From assembly GCA_965248535.1 (NCBI GenBank), contig CBDFJR010000005.1:1920001-1984000 (forward strand): a stretch of 64,000 nt of DNA, given 5' to 3'. The translations under genes were made by a program, and so were the position numbers. Of the stretch, positions 27,937 to 43,962 are shown one piece after another; position 1 is the stretch's first letter, and every line of letters begins with the position of its first letter. This stretch comes from Phormidesmis sp. (GTDB lineage Bacteria; Cyanobacteriota; Cyanobacteriia; Leptolyngbyales; Leptolyngbyaceae). The notes below the pieces were generated by a model. It was not told the origin of the DNA and did not search any database. It saw nothing but the letters and a program-made list of their open reading frames with translations.

Positions 27937-30900
27937 ATGACTGAGCAGACATACACCACCCCCGCCTTTGTTTTGCCGGATCTGGTCGAAATTCAACGGG
28001 CTAGCTTTCGCTGGTTTCTTGAAGAAGGCTTGATCGAAGAACTCGACAGCTTTTCACCGATTACTGACTATACAGGCAAGCTTGAGCTTCACTTTTTAGG
28101 CAAAGACTTCAAGCTGAAGCGCCCTAAATATGACGTTGACGAGGCCAAGCGCCGCGACAGCACCTACGCCGTGCAAATGTATGTGCCCACTCGCCTGATC
28201 AATAAAGAGACGGGAGAAATCAAAGAGCAAGAAGTCTTTATTGGCGATTTGCCCCTGATGACCGATCGCGGCACCTTTATCATCAACGGTGCTGAACGAG
28301 TGATTGTCAATCAGATCGTTCGTAGCCCCGGTGTTTACTACAAGTCAGAAACCGACAAAAACGGACGACGCACCTATAATGCCAGCTTGATCCCTAACCG
28401 CGGTGCGTGGCTCAAGTTCGAGACCGATAAAAACGATCTGGTCTGGGTGCGGATTGATAAAACTCGCAAGCTCTCTGCTCAAGTTTTGCTGAAGGCCTTA
28501 GGGTTAAGTGATGGCGAGATTTTTGACGCGCTGCGTCACCCTGAATATTTTCAGAAAACGATCGAGAAAGAAGGTCAGTTTGGCGAAGAAGAAGCGCTGA
28601 TGGAGCTTTACCGCAAACTTCGTCCCGGTGAGCCTCCTACGGTCTCTGGCGGTGCTCAACTTCTAGAGTCTCGTTTCTTTGATCCCAAACGCTACGACTT
28701 GGGCAAAGTAGGACGCTATAAGCTGAACAAAAAGCTTCGCCTCAACGTTCCTGAAGGGGTGCGGGTGCTGACTCCGCAAGATATCTTGTCGGCAATCGAC
28801 TATTTGATCAACCTAGAGTTCGACACGGGAAGTATTGACGATATTGACCACTTAGGCAACCGTCGAGTGCGATCGGTGGGTGAGCTTTTGCAAAACCAGG
28901 TGCGAGTCGGTCTAAACCGCCTAGAGAGAATTATCCGAGAACGCATGACGGTCTCGGATGCTGACTCCCTAACTCCGGCTTCATTAGTCAACCCAAAACC
29001 ACTGGTAGCTGCAATCAAGGAGTTTTTTGGCTCTTCTCAGCTATCGCAGTTTATGGATCAGACCAACCCACTCGCAGAGTTAACCCACAAGCGGCGCATC
29101 AGTGCGCTTGGCCCGGGTGGTTTGACACGAGAACGGGCAGGCTTTGCAGTTCGAGACATTCACCCCTCTCACTACGGGCGAATCTGCCCCATTGAGACTC
29201 CTGAAGGCCCCAACGCAGGTCTGATTGGTTCGTTGGCCACTCACGCTCGTGTGAACGCCTACGGATTCATTGAGACCCCTTACTACGCTGTCGAAAACGG
29301 TCGGGTTGTAAAGGAGAATGCTCCAATCTACATGACGGCCGACGAGGAAGACGATCTGCGGGTTGCCGCAGGTGACATCACGATGGATGAAAACGGCTAC
29401 ATCATCAGCGAAGAGGTGGCCGTTCGCTATCGGCAAGACTTCACGGTTGCCACCCCTCAAGAGGTGGACTACGTAGCGATTTCTCCGGTGCAAATCATCT
29501 CGGTGGCAACGTCGCTGATTCCCTTTTTAGAGCACGATGACGCAAACCGAGCGCTCATGGGGTCAAACATGCAGCGTCAGGCGGTGCCTCTGCTGCGCCC
29601 TGAGCGTCCTTTAGTCGGAACTGGCTTAGAAGCGCAGGCGGCTCGTGACTCTGGGATGGTGGTTGTGAGCCGCACCGATGGCGAAGTCACCTTTGTTGAT
29701 GCCGATCGTATCCGGGTTCGCGATCCTCAAAGTGGCAAAGATATTAGCTACGCTTTGCAGAAATATCAGCGATCGAACCAAGATACTTGTCTAAACCAAC
29801 GCCCGATCGTATTTGTGGGCGACAAAGTGATCGCGGGTCAAATTCTAGCAGATGGCTCGGCCACTGAAAAAGGCGAACTGGCCCTCGGTCAAAACATTCT
29901 CGTGGCCTATATGCCGTGGGAAGGCTACAACTATGAGGACGCGATTCTGATCAGTGAACGCCTAGTTCAAGAAGACGTTTACACCTCCATCCACGTTGAA
30001 AAATTTGAAATTGAGGCCCGTCAAACCAAGCTAGGGCCCGAAGAAATCACCCGTGAAATTCCCAACGTTGGTGAAGATGCCCTGCGGCAGCTAGACGAGA
30101 CAGGCATTATTCGCATCGGGGCGTGGGTCGAGTCAGGTGACATTCTCGTCGGCAAAGTGACTCCCAAAGGAGAATCTGATCAGCCTCCTGAAGAGAAACT
30201 ACTGCGCGCCATTTTTGGTGAGAAAGCTAGAGACGTGCGAGACAATTCCCTGCGGGTGCCCAACGGTGAAAAAGGTCGGATTGTTGATGTGCGCGTGTTC
30301 ACTCGTGAGCAAGGCGACGAACTGCCGCCAGGCGCTAACATGGTCGTTCGCGTTTATGTGGCCCAGAAGCGCAAAATCCAGGTCGGAGACAAGATGGCGG
30401 GTCGTCACGGCAACAAAGGGATTATTTCTCGGATTTTGCCGATCGAAGACATGCCCTATCTCCCCGATGGCAAGCCCGTTGACATTGTGCTCAACCCGCT
30501 AGGGGTGCCGAGCCGGATGAACGTCGGTCAAGTCTATGAGTGTCTGTTAGGCTGGGCGGCTGAAAATCTGAACGTTCGCTTCAAGGTGGTGCCATTTGAC
30601 GAAATGCACGGGGAAGAGAAGTCTAGAGAAACCGTCCACGACAAGATCAGCGAGGCGCAAGACAAGCGGATTAAGTCAACGGGTGGGCAAGACGGCTACT
30701 GGCTGTTTAACCCCGACAACCCTGGCAAGATTCAGGTCTATGACGGGCGGACAGGAGAAGCCTTCGATCGTCCGGTGACCGTCGGCAAAGCCTATATGCT
30801 GAAGCTGGTTCACCTAGTTGACGACAAGATTCACGCTCGTTCGACGGGGCCTTATTCTCTGGTGACTCAGCAACCCTTGGGTGGCAAAGCTCAACAGGGT

Positions 30901-31260
30901 GGTCAGCGATTTGGAGAGATGGAAGTGTGGGCACTGGAGGCGTTTGGTGCTGCCTATACCCTGCAAGAATTGCTGACCGTCAAGTCAGACGATATGCAGG
31001 GACGAAACGAAGCGCTGAACGCGATCGTCAAAGGCAAAGCTATTCCTCGCCCTGGCACCCCAGAGTCCTTCAAGGTGTTGATGCGTGAGCTTCAGTCCCT
31101 CTGTCTTGATGTCGCAGTCCACAAGGTCGAAACCAAAGAAGACGGCAGCAGCAAGGATATGGAAGTTGACCTGATGGCCGACGTGAACAGCCGCCGCGCT
31201 CCGTCTAGACCGACTTACGAATCCATCTCTAGAGATGCGATGGACGACGAAGAAGACTAA
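27937..31260 (+). CDS. rpoB: RNA polymerase beta subunit
   Basis: [40 protein letters not shown]. Confidence 0.99.
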   Translation: MTEQTYTTPAFVLPDLVEIQRASFRWFLEEGLIEELDSFSPITDYTGKLELHFLGKDFKLKRPKYDVDEAKRRDSTYAVQMYVPTRLINKETGEIKEQEVFIGDLPLMTDRGTFIINGAERVIVNQIVRSPGVYYKSETDKNGRRTYNASLIPNRGAWLKFETDKNDLVWVRIDKTRKLSAQVLLKALGLSDGEIFDALRHPEYFQKTIEKEGQFGEEEALMELYRKLRPGEPPTVSGGAQLLESRFFDPKRYDLGKVGRYKLNKKLRLNVPEGVRVLTPQDILSAIDYLINLEFDTGSIDDIDHLGNRRVRSVGELLQNQVRVGLNRLERIIRERMTVSDADSLTPASLVNPKPLVAAIKEFFGSSQLSQFMDQTNPLAELTHKRRISALGPGGLTRERAGFAVRDIHPSHYGRICPIETPEGPNAGLIGSLATHARVNAYGFIETPYYAVENGRVVKENAPIYMTADEEDDLRVAAGDITMDENGYIISEEVAVRYRQDFTVATPQEVDYVAISPVQIISVATSLIPFLEHDDANRALMGSNMQRQAVPLLRPERPLVGTGLEAQAARDSGMVVVSRTDGEVTFVDADRIRVRDPQSGKDISYALQKYQRSNQDTCLNQRPIVFVGDKVIAGQILADGSATEKGELALGQNILVAYMPWEGYNYEDAILISERLVQEDVYTSIHVEKFEIEARQTKLGPEEITREIPNVGEDALRQLDETGIIRIGAWVESGDILVGKVTPKGESDQPPEEKLLRAIFGEKARDVRDNSLRVPNGEKGRIVDVRVFTREQGDELPPGANMVVRVYVAQKRKIQVGDKMAGRHGNKGIISRILPIEDMPYLPDGKPVDIVLNPLGVPSRMNVGQVYECLLGWAAENLNVRFKVVPFDEMHGEEKSRETVHDKISEAQDKRIKSTGGQDGYWLFNPDNPGKIQVYDGRTGEAFDRPVTVGKAYMLKLVHLVDDKIHARSTGPYSLVTQQPLGGKAQQGGQRFGEMEVWALEAFGAAYTLQELLTVKSDDMQGRNEALNAIVKGKAIPRPGTPESFKVLMRELQSLCLDVAVHKVETKEDGSSKDMEVDLMADVNSRRAPSRPTYESISRDAMDDEED

Positions 31261-31365
31261 AGAGAGGGGTGGTGAGGGGTCAGACTTTCTCCCTTCGCCA
31301 CCTGGCTGATCTCTTGTTCTCGATACATTTTTCTAGCAGCAATTGAATAGAGGAACCAAGACGCG

Positions 31366-33240
31366 ATGCCCAAGCTAGAGCAGCGATTTGACTATGTAAA
31401 GATTGGTCTGGCATCTCCCGATCGTATCCGTCAGTGGGGAGAAAGAACCTTACCCAACGGGCAAGTCGTGGGTGAAGTCACCAAACCAGAAACCATTAAC
31501 TACCGCACCCTCAAGCCTGAAATGGATGGCTTATTCTGCGAACGAATCTTTGGGCCCGCCAAAGACTGGGAATGCCACTGCGGGAAATATAAGCGGGTGC
31601 GGCACCGCGGCATTGTTTGCGAGCGCTGCGGCGTAGAAGTGACCGAATCGCGAGTGCGTCGTCATCGCATGGGCTATATCAAACTCGCGGCCCCGGTGGC
31701 TCACGTTTGGTATTTGAAGGGCATTCCCAGCTATATGGCAATTTTGCTCGATATGCCCCTGCGGGATGTTGAGCAGATCGTCTACTTTAACGCCTATGTG
31801 GTGCTCAATGCGGGCAACGCAGAGCAGCTAACCTATAAGCAACTGCTCACCGAAGATCAGTGGATTGAAATTGAAGACGAACTCTACAGCGAAGACTCAA
31901 AGCTGTCGGGCATTGAGGTTGGCATCGGCGCAGAAGCGCTTCAGCGCCTGCTGCAAGATATTAAACTCGATAGCGAAGCCGAGCAACTGCGAGAAGACAT
32001 CGCGACTTCTAAAGGTCAAAAGCGCGCCAAGCTGATCAAGCGCCTGCGAGTGATGGATAACTTCATTGCGACAGGTTCTAGCCCTGACTGGATGGTGTTA
32101 GACGTGATTCCCGTCATTCCGCCTGATTTGCGCCCGATGGTGCAGTTAGACGGCGGACGGTTTGCGACCTCTGACTTAAATGACCTCTATCGGCGCGTCA
32201 TCAACCGCAACAATCGTCTGGCTCGACTTCAGGAGATTTTGGCTCCCGAAATCATTGTCCGCAACGAGAAGCGGATGCTGCAAGAAGCGGTCGATGCTTT
32301 GATTGATAACGGTCGTCGGGGTCGAACGGTGGTCGGTGCCAATAACCGCCCGCTTAAGTCTCTGTCAGACATCATTGAAGGCAAACAGGGTCGATTCCGT
32401 CAAAACCTCTTGGGTAAGCGGGTTGACTATTCTGGTCGATCGGTGATTGTGGTCGGGCCAAAACTGAAGATTCATCAGTGCGGGTTGCCGAGAGAAATGG
32501 CGATCGAGCTATTTCAACCCTTTGTGATTCACCGTCTGATTCGTCAGGGGTTGGTCAACAACATCAAAGCCGCCAAGAAGCTAATCCAGCGCAACGATCC
32601 CACCGTTTGGGATGTTTTAGAGGAAGTGATCGAAGGGCACCCCGTGTTCCTAAACCGAGCGCCGACGCTTCACCGTCTGGGCATCCAAGCCTTTGAGCCA
32701 ATTCTGGTCGAGGGTCGAGCCATTCAACTCCATCCCCTAGTCTGTCCCGCGTTTAACGCTGACTTTGACGGCGACCAAATGGCGGTTCACGTTCCCCTTT
32801 CTCTAGAAGCTCAGGCAGAAGCAAGATTGCTGATGCTGGCTTCTAACAACATCTTGTCTCCGGCAACAGGTCGCCCGATCATCACTCCTAGCCAAGATAT
32901 GGTGTTGGGCTGCTACTACTTGACGGCGGACAATCCAGCCGCTCAAGAAACCGCAGGGGGTTATTACGCCAACTTAGAAGATGCCATCAATGCCTATGAG
33001 CAGAAGCAAGTTGAGCTACACGCCTATGTCTGGGTGCGGTTTGATGGCGATGTCGATATGCCTGACATCGAAGAAGAGTTAGTGGAAGAAACTAAATCGC
33101 CCGATGGCATTGTCACCAAACTCTATAACTATCGGCGGACGCGAGAAGAAGCCGATGGCACCCTGATTTGTCAATATATCAAGACCACTCCGGGTCGCAT
33201 CATCTATAACAAGACCATTCAAGAAGCTTTAGCGTTTTAG
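31366..33240 (+). CDS. rpoC1: RNA polymerase gamma subunit
   Basis: Zn finger, NADFDGDQM; cyanobacterial split rpoC. Confidence 0.99.
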   Translation: MPKLEQRFDYVKIGLASPDRIRQWGERTLPNGQVVGEVTKPETINYRTLKPEMDGLFCERIFGPAKDWECHCGKYKRVRHRGIVCERCGVEVTESRVRRHRMGYIKLAAPVAHVWYLKGIPSYMAILLDMPLRDVEQIVYFNAYVVLNAGNAEQLTYKQLLTEDQWIEIEDELYSEDSKLSGIEVGIGAEALQRLLQDIKLDSEAEQLREDIATSKGQKRAKLIKRLRVMDNFIATGSSPDWMVLDVIPVIPPDLRPMVQLDGGRFATSDLNDLYRRVINRNNRLARLQEILAPEIIVRNEKRMLQEAVDALIDNGRRGRTVVGANNRPLKSLSDIIEGKQGRFRQNLLGKRVDYSGRSVIVVGPKLKIHQCGLPREMAIELFQPFVIHRLIRQGLVNNIKAAKKLIQRNDPTVWDVLEEVIEGHPVFLNRAPTLHRLGIQAFEPILVEGRAIQLHPLVCPAFNADFDGDQMAVHVPLSLEAQAEARLLMLASNNILSPATGRPIITPSQDMVLGCYYLTADNPAAQETAGGYYANLEDAINAYEQKQVELHAYVWVRFDGDVDMPDIEEELVEETKSPDGIVTKLYNYRRTREEADGTLICQYIKTTPGRIIYNKTIQEALAF

Positions 33241-33288
33241 GATTTAACCTTCAAAATCCGAAACAGCAAGCGAGGGCAATTTGAGACG

Positions 33289-33343
33289 TTGGATTTTGGA
33301 TTGCCCATTTAAATCCAAAATCCAAACTCTAAAATCCAAAATC
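33289..33343. repeat. STRR-like heptamer repeats (AAATCCA) forming an inverted repeat
   Basis: TTGGATTTTGGATT...AAATCCAAAATCCAAACTCTAAAATCCAAAAT between rpoC1 and rpoC2. Confidence 0.6.
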
Positions 33344-33362
33344 AGCACAGGTGGCGCACACG

Positions 33363-37388
<4,026 letters not shown>

Positions 37389-37425
37389 CGGCTAATAGAA
37401 GGCCTTGTCCAAAAGTAGTTCTAAT

Positions 37426-37458
37426 ATCCTCCCTGTTATGAAATGGGGAGGATTTTTT
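37426..37458 (+). terminator. intrinsic terminator after rpoC2
   Basis: ATCCTCCC...GGGAGGAT stem followed by a T-run. Confidence 0.65.
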
Positions 37459-37516
37459 GTAGCTGACCGGAAGGCGAAACGCTATCATGGTGCGATCGCC
37501 GCTAGTAGTGCAATCT

Positions 37517-39286
37517 ATGAGCAATCACCTACTGACCATCCGAACCTTAGGTCTACAGCCCGGTCAAATTCCCGGCTATTTTGTGATCAGTACGGCTCCG
37601 ATTAACGTCGAAGATCGGTCAGAAACTGAGAATCAAACTGACCCAGAAATTTTAGTTCAACAAATTACTCAACACTTAAAAGATCACCCAGACGATGCCG
37701 AAGTGTTAGTGATGATCCATGGCTACAACACGGGGCAATCAGGTGCAGAATGGTGGTATAAAACGACTTGCGAATACATTTCTCAGCATTATCAAAAAGC
37801 GCCTAAAGGCTTATTAGTGATTGGTTATCGCTGGTCTTCAGAGAAGATTTCTGAAGATGAGTCTGGGAATTTTAACGATAAACTTAAATTTACTGAGCAG
37901 GCTTTACCCCGGCTGATGACTTTGATTTCAAAGCTAGGCATTGTCGGAATCATCGCGGGGTTAATCGGCACGATCGTCGGTTTCATTACCGCCCTCTCTC
38001 AAGTTTCTGGGTTAGAGATTTTATTGGGGTTTGTAATTCTATTAATTCTCTCTCTAGTGGCTATTTCGCCGATTTTAACGATCGCGGCGCTGAGAATCAC
38101 CGTTTACTTTCGAGATACGTTTCGGGCAAGCAACTATGGAGTCTCTGACTTAGTTGAATTCATTCGACAGTTAGATCAAGCTCTGGTGCCAAAGGCTAAA
38201 GATGGCGAACAAACCCAGTCTAAGCCTTGTTCCCAACGCCGCATTCCTCTGTCGTTTATCGGTCACAGCATGGGCGCTTTTGTCGTCACCAATGCCGTCC
38301 GAATTTTGTCAGATGTCTTCGATCCAGGATCGATCGGAAGTCTAGATGTCAACAATCGCAACAAACTGCCCTCATCTGACATTGGCGACGCATTTTGCCT
38401 AGGAAAACTGGTTTTAGTTGCGCCCGACATTCCCGCAGAAACCATCGTGTCGGGTCGAGCTAACACCCTACGATCGTCGCTGCGTCGATTTCAAGAAGCC
38501 TATCTTTTTTGCAATGAAGGAGACATGGCCCTCAAGCTGGCTTCGACTTCTGCTAACTACTTTAGCTTTCCGACCAAGACGCGTGACGGGGGCTATCGCT
38601 TGGGCAACGTTATGGTTAGAAATCGGTTATTCCGCAGCAACAAATCTCGGCAGGCTACGTCCACCATCGTCAATCAAGCTGAAGACGGGCTGTTAGTAAA
38701 TGCGAAGGGATCAAGCTTTTTGGATTATTTATTTATCCGTGAACAAAAGCCTTTATCTGAGCGACAGGCGCAAATCGGATTAGAAAAAAATCAGAAGTTG
38801 ATCGCTGAACTTTTTACCTACTTTGACTGTACAAATTACCAAGAAAAATATCTCGATCCCAAAACAGGTCAACAGAAAAAAGTTGGCATGGTGAGTCACG
38901 CTTTAGACAAGCCTTTTCTAAACTTTTGGGACTATGTTTCTCTGAGCTTAGATTTCTTTTCTGGAAAGATTGACACCCACGGCGGATACATTTTTGGTTC
39001 TAAAAATCGCCCTCAACCAGAGTTTAGCAAGCGGCTCATTTATGGGCTGAGTTGTCTGGGGTTTGATGGGTTTTTATCGACTCTCGCAACTGATGCTTTA
39101 TTTGAGCCATCGCTCGCTGAAGTTGAAGCGCTACACCCAGAGTTAACGGCCCTTCAGCAAGAAAAAATGGCTTTGCTGCAAGTTCTTTCTCACCTGTGCG
39201 GAGACAGAGGACTGCAAGTGCTGTTAGCCCCCGAACGCTACCAGGTGGATGTGATGGGAGAGCGGCGCGATCGTCAAGACTATTAA
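37517..39286 (+). CDS. membrane-associated alpha/beta hydrolase (DUF900-like)
   Basis: IHGYN, GYRWSSE, GHSMG, LVAPDIP; two TM helices. Confidence 0.75.
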   Translation: MSNHLLTIRTLGLQPGQIPGYFVISTAPINVEDRSETENQTDPEILVQQITQHLKDHPDDAEVLVMIHGYNTGQSGAEWWYKTTCEYISQHYQKAPKGLLVIGYRWSSEKISEDESGNFNDKLKFTEQALPRLMTLISKLGIVGIIAGLIGTIVGFITALSQVSGLEILLGFVILLILSLVAISPILTIAALRITVYFRDTFRASNYGVSDLVEFIRQLDQALVPKAKDGEQTQSKPCSQRRIPLSFIGHSMGAFVVTNAVRILSDVFDPGSIGSLDVNNRNKLPSSDIGDAFCLGKLVLVAPDIPAETIVSGRANTLRSSLRRFQEAYLFCNEGDMALKLASTSANYFSFPTKTRDGGYRLGNVMVRNRLFRSNKSRQATSTIVNQAEDGLLVNAKGSSFLDYLFIREQKPLSERQAQIGLEKNQKLIAELFTYFDCTNYQEKYLDPKTGQQKKVGMVSHALDKPFLNFWDYVSLSLDFFSGKIDTHGGYIFGSKNRPQPEFSKRLIYGLSCLGFDGFLSTLATDALFEPSLAEVEALHPELTALQQEKMALLQVLSHLCGDRGLQVLLAPERYQVDVMGERRDRQDY

Positions 39287-39308
39287 TCTTCAGCATCCAT
39301 TCAATCGC

Positions 39309-41111
39309 TTAGAGCGGCAGCGCAAACCAAACCGTGGTGCCACTACTCGGTGAACTAGTGACTCCAATTTGTCCGCCGTGGGCTGCCACAATTTGGTGAC
39401 AGATAAACAACCCCAACCCTAAGCCCGTGAGATTGCGATTATCAAATCCTTTGAGATAAGGTTTTTGAAACACTTGTTTGCACTGTTCTTGACTCATGCC
39501 AATGCCGTTATCGGCGATCGTGCAGTGCAGTTTTTCTGGGGTGGCTTTAGCGGCGATCGTAATCATCAACCCTGGATGGTTGTGTTTGCAAGCATTGACA
39601 ATTACCTGGTCTAAAACTCGTCTGATCTGCCCACCATCCGCCATCAGAGTCGGTAGGGAAGAGGGAATCAAATTCTCTAGTTTGACTTGATTTTCGGTCA
39701 AGATAGGAGTCAATTCCTGAAGCGTTGACTGCACTAACTCAGACAGTTGAAACGGCTTGCGGTTGAGAATCAGGGCGCGAGATTTATAAGTCTGGCTGTC
39801 TGACTGATCTTCTAGCAGAGAGCGAATTAAAATCAGTTGGCGATCGCAGCTTGCCATCATACTATCTACGATCGAGCGAGAAAGAACGATCGCTGAATCT
39901 GATCGACTTTGCAGTTGTCGCAAAACCATTAAGGTTCCTAAAAGGGGCGTTTGCAAATCGTGAGTCACGGCGTGCAGCAGCCGATCTTTTTCAAGGTTAA
40001 GGTCTTGAAGCTGCTCCATATTTTGCTGAAGCTGCAAGGTTCGTTCTTCGACTTGCTCTTCTAGATCACTCGCACACCTTTGTACCTGCTGATAGAGATC
40101 GCCTTGTTGAATCGCAATCTCGACTTGAGTAGCTAACTTGTCTAGCAACTCGACTTCAAAAGCCTGCCATTGTCGCGGAGATGAGCACTGATTGATGTTG
40201 AGAACGCCGAAAATTTGACCCGCTTTCCTAATAGGAGTTGCAAGACTTGCTTTAATCTGAAATAGCTGGTAGTAGCGACCTAAAAAAGAGGTTTTCTCTA
40301 CCTGCTCAGAGTCATGATTGACCCGAATTCGGGTGTGCTCAAAGATCTGCTCGATATCGTGAACGATTTTGATGGGCAGTTCATTGCCTAAGATCGATTG
40401 CCAATCTGAATCGACTGATTCTGCCACTGTTTTGGCATATCCCCGATCGTCGAACTGAAAGATATAAACCCGATCGGCGTTAAAGAAATTCCGCACTTCA
40501 GCAACGGTGGTGCTGAGAATTTCATCTACATCTAGCGATTGACGAATGCGATCGGTGATTTCTCTCAAGAGGCGATCGCGTTGGGCAACGTGTTGCTGCT
40601 CGGTCACGTCTTGCACGATGCCCAGAAGACGGGTGTCGCTGACTTCAACCTGCTCACTCAGCAGCCGCTCAGATCGATCAGACGACACAACTCGATAGAC
40701 CAATGAATAGGGCTTTCGATCAAAAATGGCTCCATTGAGACATTGCTGCACCTGATCTCGATCGTCGGGGTGAACCCTAAGCAAAAAATCTTTTTGGCTC
40801 GGCGCGATCGCGCTGGGTGAAAACCCCAATAGTCGATAGTGCTCGTCTGACCAAACCCAGCTATCTTGATGAGGGCAGTCTTTGACCGTCAGTTCCCAGG
40901 TGCCGACTTGAGTCTTGTGCTGCACGGCTGCTAGACTGGCGCTCTGTTTTTGCAACAAGGCTTGGGCCTGCTGTTTTTGAGTGATCGCGATCGCCAAGCC
41001 CACCAAGCTCAACGCTAACAGGATCGTCACCCCTACTAGAGTTTGTAAAATCGACGCAATTAGTGGAGGATTGTTGGCAATCTGTTCGATGAGAGAAGAA
41101 CTCAGAGCCAT
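39309..41111 (-). CDS. PAS/GAF sensor histidine kinase
   Basis: N-terminal TM helix, PAS (VHPDDR), GAF (IRQSLD...QCSSPRQW), H-box THDLQTPL, DNGIGM, GLGLGLFIC. Confidence 0.92.
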   Translation of the reverse strand: MALSSSLIEQIANNPPLIASILQTLVGVTILLALSLVGLAIAITQKQQAQALLQKQSASLAAVQHKTQVGTWELTVKDCPHQDSWVWSDEHYRLLGFSPSAIAPSQKDFLLRVHPDDRDQVQQCLNGAIFDRKPYSLVYRVVSSDRSERLLSEQVEVSDTRLLGIVQDVTEQQHVAQRDRLLREITDRIRQSLDVDEILSTTVAEVRNFFNADRVYIFQFDDRGYAKTVAESVDSDWQSILGNELPIKIVHDIEQIFEHTRIRVNHDSEQVEKTSFLGRYYQLFQIKASLATPIRKAGQIFGVLNINQCSSPRQWQAFEVELLDKLATQVEIAIQQGDLYQQVQRCASDLEEQVEERTLQLQQNMEQLQDLNLEKDRLLHAVTHDLQTPLLGTLMVLRQLQSRSDSAIVLSRSIVDSMMASCDRQLILIRSLLEDQSDSQTYKSRALILNRKPFQLSELVQSTLQELTPILTENQVKLENLIPSSLPTLMADGGQIRRVLDQVIVNACKHNHPGLMITIAAKATPEKLHCTIADNGIGMSQEQCKQVFQKPYLKGFDNRNLTGLGLGLFICHQIVAAHGGQIGVTSSPSSGTTVWFALPL

Positions 41112-41278
41112 AAAGAGTCAGACGATCGTAAAGTCTTAGAGTTATCAAGTCTGGAGAGTAGAGTAGAGCAATCAAGTTTTACAGTAAGAGGCTTGTTCGT
41201 AGATCGCCTTCCCCCGTTTGGGTGAGCAAGAGGTTTAATTGTCTGTGAGAAGCTTAAGATCTGGTCAGCCGAGGCAAA

Positions 41279-42034
41279 TTGGAGATGGATGTTAGCCCGA
41301 TCGCGGTTGAGTTTCGGCAGGTGGCTTATCGGTTGGGTCAGCGCTCGATCGTCCTCAATCTCACCTTTAGCATTGAGTCGGGCGAAACGCTAATTTTGCT
41401 GGGTCGAAGCGGCTGCGGCAAAACGACGACGCTGCGGCTGATCAATCGGTTGCTGACTCCGACTCAGGGCGAGGTAATGGTTGAGGGCGTTTCGACTCGC
41501 GACTGGAACCCGATTCAGCTACGGCGGCGGATTGGCTATGTGATTCAAGAAGTGGGGCTGTTTCCGCACTTTACGATCGCGCGCAATGTGGGAGTCGTGC
41601 CGTCTCTACTAGGCTGGGAGCCATCGCGAATTAAACAGCGGGTGATGGAGCTATTGGAGTTGGTAGGGCTAGACCCCGATCGCTTTGCTCAACGCTATCC
41701 TCATGAACTTTCTGGAGGGCAGCGGCAGCGGGTCGGAGTCGCGAGGGCCTTGGCTGCCGATCCGCCAATTTTATTGATGGATGAGCCATTTGGGGCGCTC
41801 GATCCGATCACTCGCGTTGAGCTTCAGCAAGAGTTTCGGCAGTTGCAGCAGCGATTGGGGAAGACGATCGTGTTGGTCACCCATGATATTCAAGAGGCGT
41901 TTACGCTGGGTTCGCGGATTGGGTTGATGCAGGCAGGGGAGTTTGTAGTGATGGCCAGGCCGGAGGAGTTTGTGAAATCGACCCATCCTGAAGCCGAGGC
42001 GTTTTTGAGGGTGAGAGGGGCATGGAATTCTTAA
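41279..42034 (+). CDS. osmoprotectant ABC transporter ATP-binding protein
   Basis: GRSGCGKT, LSGGQRQRVGVARALA, LLMDEPFGALDPITR. Confidence 0.92.
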   Translation: MEMDVSPIAVEFRQVAYRLGQRSIVLNLTFSIESGETLILLGRSGCGKTTTLRLINRLLTPTQGEVMVEGVSTRDWNPIQLRRRIGYVIQEVGLFPHFTIARNVGVVPSLLGWEPSRIKQRVMELLELVGLDPDRFAQRYPHELSGGQRQRVGVARALAADPPILLMDEPFGALDPITRVELQQEFRQLQQRLGKTIVLVTHDIQEAFTLGSRIGLMQAGEFVVMARPEEFVKSTHPEAEAFLRVRGAWNS

Positions 42035-42650
42035 ATCGCTATGGCGAAGAGATTTTGCAGCGGAGTGGGCAGCATTTGTTTTTAGTGGTTACCGCCATTA
42101 CGATCGCGGTTCTGATCGGCATTCCCTTAGGGAGTTTTGATCACTCGCAAGCCGAGGCTGAGTAAACCTGTGATTGGCTTGGCAAATGCGATTCAGACGA
42201 TGCCGAGTTTGGCGATTTTTGGGTTTTTGATTCCGGTGCCGTGGATTGGGGGGATTGGGGCGAGAACGGCGATCGTGGCTCTAGTTCTCTACTCACTATT
42301 GCCGATTATTCGCAACACTTATTTAGGAATTATGGGGGTTGACCCGGCGATTCGTGAGGCGGGCCGGGGGATGGGGCATGACCGATCGTCAGCTTTTGTT
42401 GCAGGTGGAGATGCCGCTGGCGCTGGGGGTGATTTTGGGTGGGGTGCGGTTGGCGACGGTGATTGGGGTGGGGTTGGCAACGATCGCCGCCGCGATCGGG
42501 GCTGGAGGCTTGGGGGAATTCATCTTTCGGGGGGTGGCGGTGGTTGATAGTCAATTGATTTTGGCGGGGGCAATTCCGGCTGCAATAATGGCGTTAACGG
42601 CTGATTTTGCTCTGGGTGTGCTCGAACGTCGTCTTACTCTGAAGAAATGA
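42022..42650 (+). CDS. osmoprotectant ABC transporter permease (two apparent +1 G frameshifts near 42130 and 42374)
   Basis: MEFLNRY...QTMPSLA...EAGRGMG/MTDRQLL...GAGGLGEFIF spread over three frames; both shifts fall in G runs. Confidence 0.88.
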
Positions 42651-43534
42651 ATTTAAAGCGATTTTTTGTATTTTTCTTGCTGGCGATCGCCCTGGTTGCC
42701 GGGATTTCTGCGTGTAATTCTGGGGGCGATCGTATTGTGATTGGCTCTAAAAATTTCACAGAGCAAATCATTTTAGGGGAGATTTTAGCCCAGCAGATTG
42801 AACGCAAAACAAACCTGAAGGTCGATCGCCGTTTTAATCTCGGCGGAACGCTGATCTGTCAGCAGGCGATCACGTCGGGAGATTTGGATATTTATCCTGA
42901 ATATACGGGCACGGCTTACACGACGATTTTGAAGTTTCCGGCGATCGGGGATGCCAAAAAGGTTTTTGAGCAACTCAAACAGGAATATCCAGCCCGCTAC
43001 AAGCTGGAGTGGACGGCTCCGTTTGGGTTTAACAACTCGTTTGCGATGGTGATCAGGGGCGATGATGCCAAAAAATATAATCTGCAAACGCTATCTCAAG
43101 CGGCGAAATATACTCCTCAGTGGCGGGCTGGGTTTGGGTTTGAGTTTCTCAATCGAGAAGATGGGTTTCCGGGGTTGTCAAAGGTTTATGGTCTCAAGTT
43201 TGCTGAGTCGCCCAAGGTGATGGATCTGGGGTTGCTCTATCGGGCGCTGACGGATAAGCAGGTCGATTTTGTGGCGGGCAACACGACAGATGGGGTGATT
43301 CCGACGTTAAATTTGGTGGTGCTAAAGGACGATCGTCACTATTTTCCGCCCTATGAAGCGGCGGCGATCGTGCGTCAAGAAACGCTCCGCAAGCATCCTG
43401 AGTTGAAGTCGGTGCTTGATCAGTTGGGTGGCATGATTTCTGAGCAAAAGATGCAGGAGTTGAATTATCGCGTCGATGGTAAAAAGGAGGATGTCAAACA
43501 GGTGGTTCGAGAGTTTTTGCAGTCAAAATCTTGA
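42647..43534 (+). CDS. glycine betaine/choline ABC transporter substrate-binding lipoprotein (OpuAC-like)
   Basis: Lipobox ISAC, GSKNFTEQ, IYPEYTGT, FPPY. Confidence 0.92.
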   Translation: MNLKRFFVFFLLAIALVAGISACNSGGDRIVIGSKNFTEQIILGEILAQQIERKTNLKVDRRFNLGGTLICQQAITSGDLDIYPEYTGTAYTTILKFPAIGDAKKVFEQLKQEYPARYKLEWTAPFGFNNSFAMVIRGDDAKKYNLQTLSQAAKYTPQWRAGFGFEFLNREDGFPGLSKVYGLKFAESPKVMDLGLLYRALTDKQVDFVAGNTTDGVIPTLNLVVLKDDRHYFPPYEAAAIVRQETLRKHPELKSVLDQLGGMISEQKMQELNYRVDGKKEDVKQVVREFLQSKS

Positions 43535-43536
43535 TT

Positions 43537-43568
43537 AGATCTCCGACTTCTAGAGAAGTCGGAGATCT
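43537..43568. repeat. perfect palindromic extragenic element
   Basis: AGATCTCCGACTTCT-AG-AGAAGTCGGAGATCT (15-bp arms) between convergent genes; resembles a cyanobacterial dispersed repeat. Confidence 0.85.
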
Positions 43569-43576
43569 GTACCCGA

Positions 43577-43798
43577 TCACCCTTCACGACTGTCTTCTGG
43601 GGTGGGGTCGGCATCGCCATCAAACATGACGATAAAGCTGCCGTCGGGCATGAGTTGGCGCAAGATTTGCAGGTAGCCGTCGGCATCTGAGCAGTTGCGA
43701 CACCGAGCGACGATGATGCGCTGCATATTGGGAAGCGATCGCACGACTAACCACCTATTGAGGCGGTCTCGATAGGGCATAATAATGGGTGTCTCCAT
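43577..43798 (-). CDS. small hypothetical protein (cyanobacterial family)
   Basis: YRDRLNRWLVVRSLPNMQRIIVAR...SDADGYL pattern; the start may be the internal ATG at 43780. Confidence 0.65.
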   Translation of the reverse strand: METPIIMPYRDRLNRWLVVRSLPNMQRIIVARCRNCSDADGYLQILRQLMPDGSFIVMFDGDADPTPEDSREG

Positions 43799-43962
43799 TG
43801 AGTTTGGAGCTTAAGCCAGTGCTGAACTTTCCACGGGACGCGCTGGCTTTTCGCTTGTTTGAATATTATCACGCTTATGCGGATCAGTGATCATCTTCAG
43901 GATAGAAATCACTAATCAGCATACGAGTAGTGATTCTAGTCCGAGATCATGTGCTTGAACCT

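Noticed and set aside
40100..40560. Cyanobacteriochrome photosensor GAF
   Set aside because: The bilin-binding Cys-His position reads FLGRYY, so no chromophore attachment site is visible.
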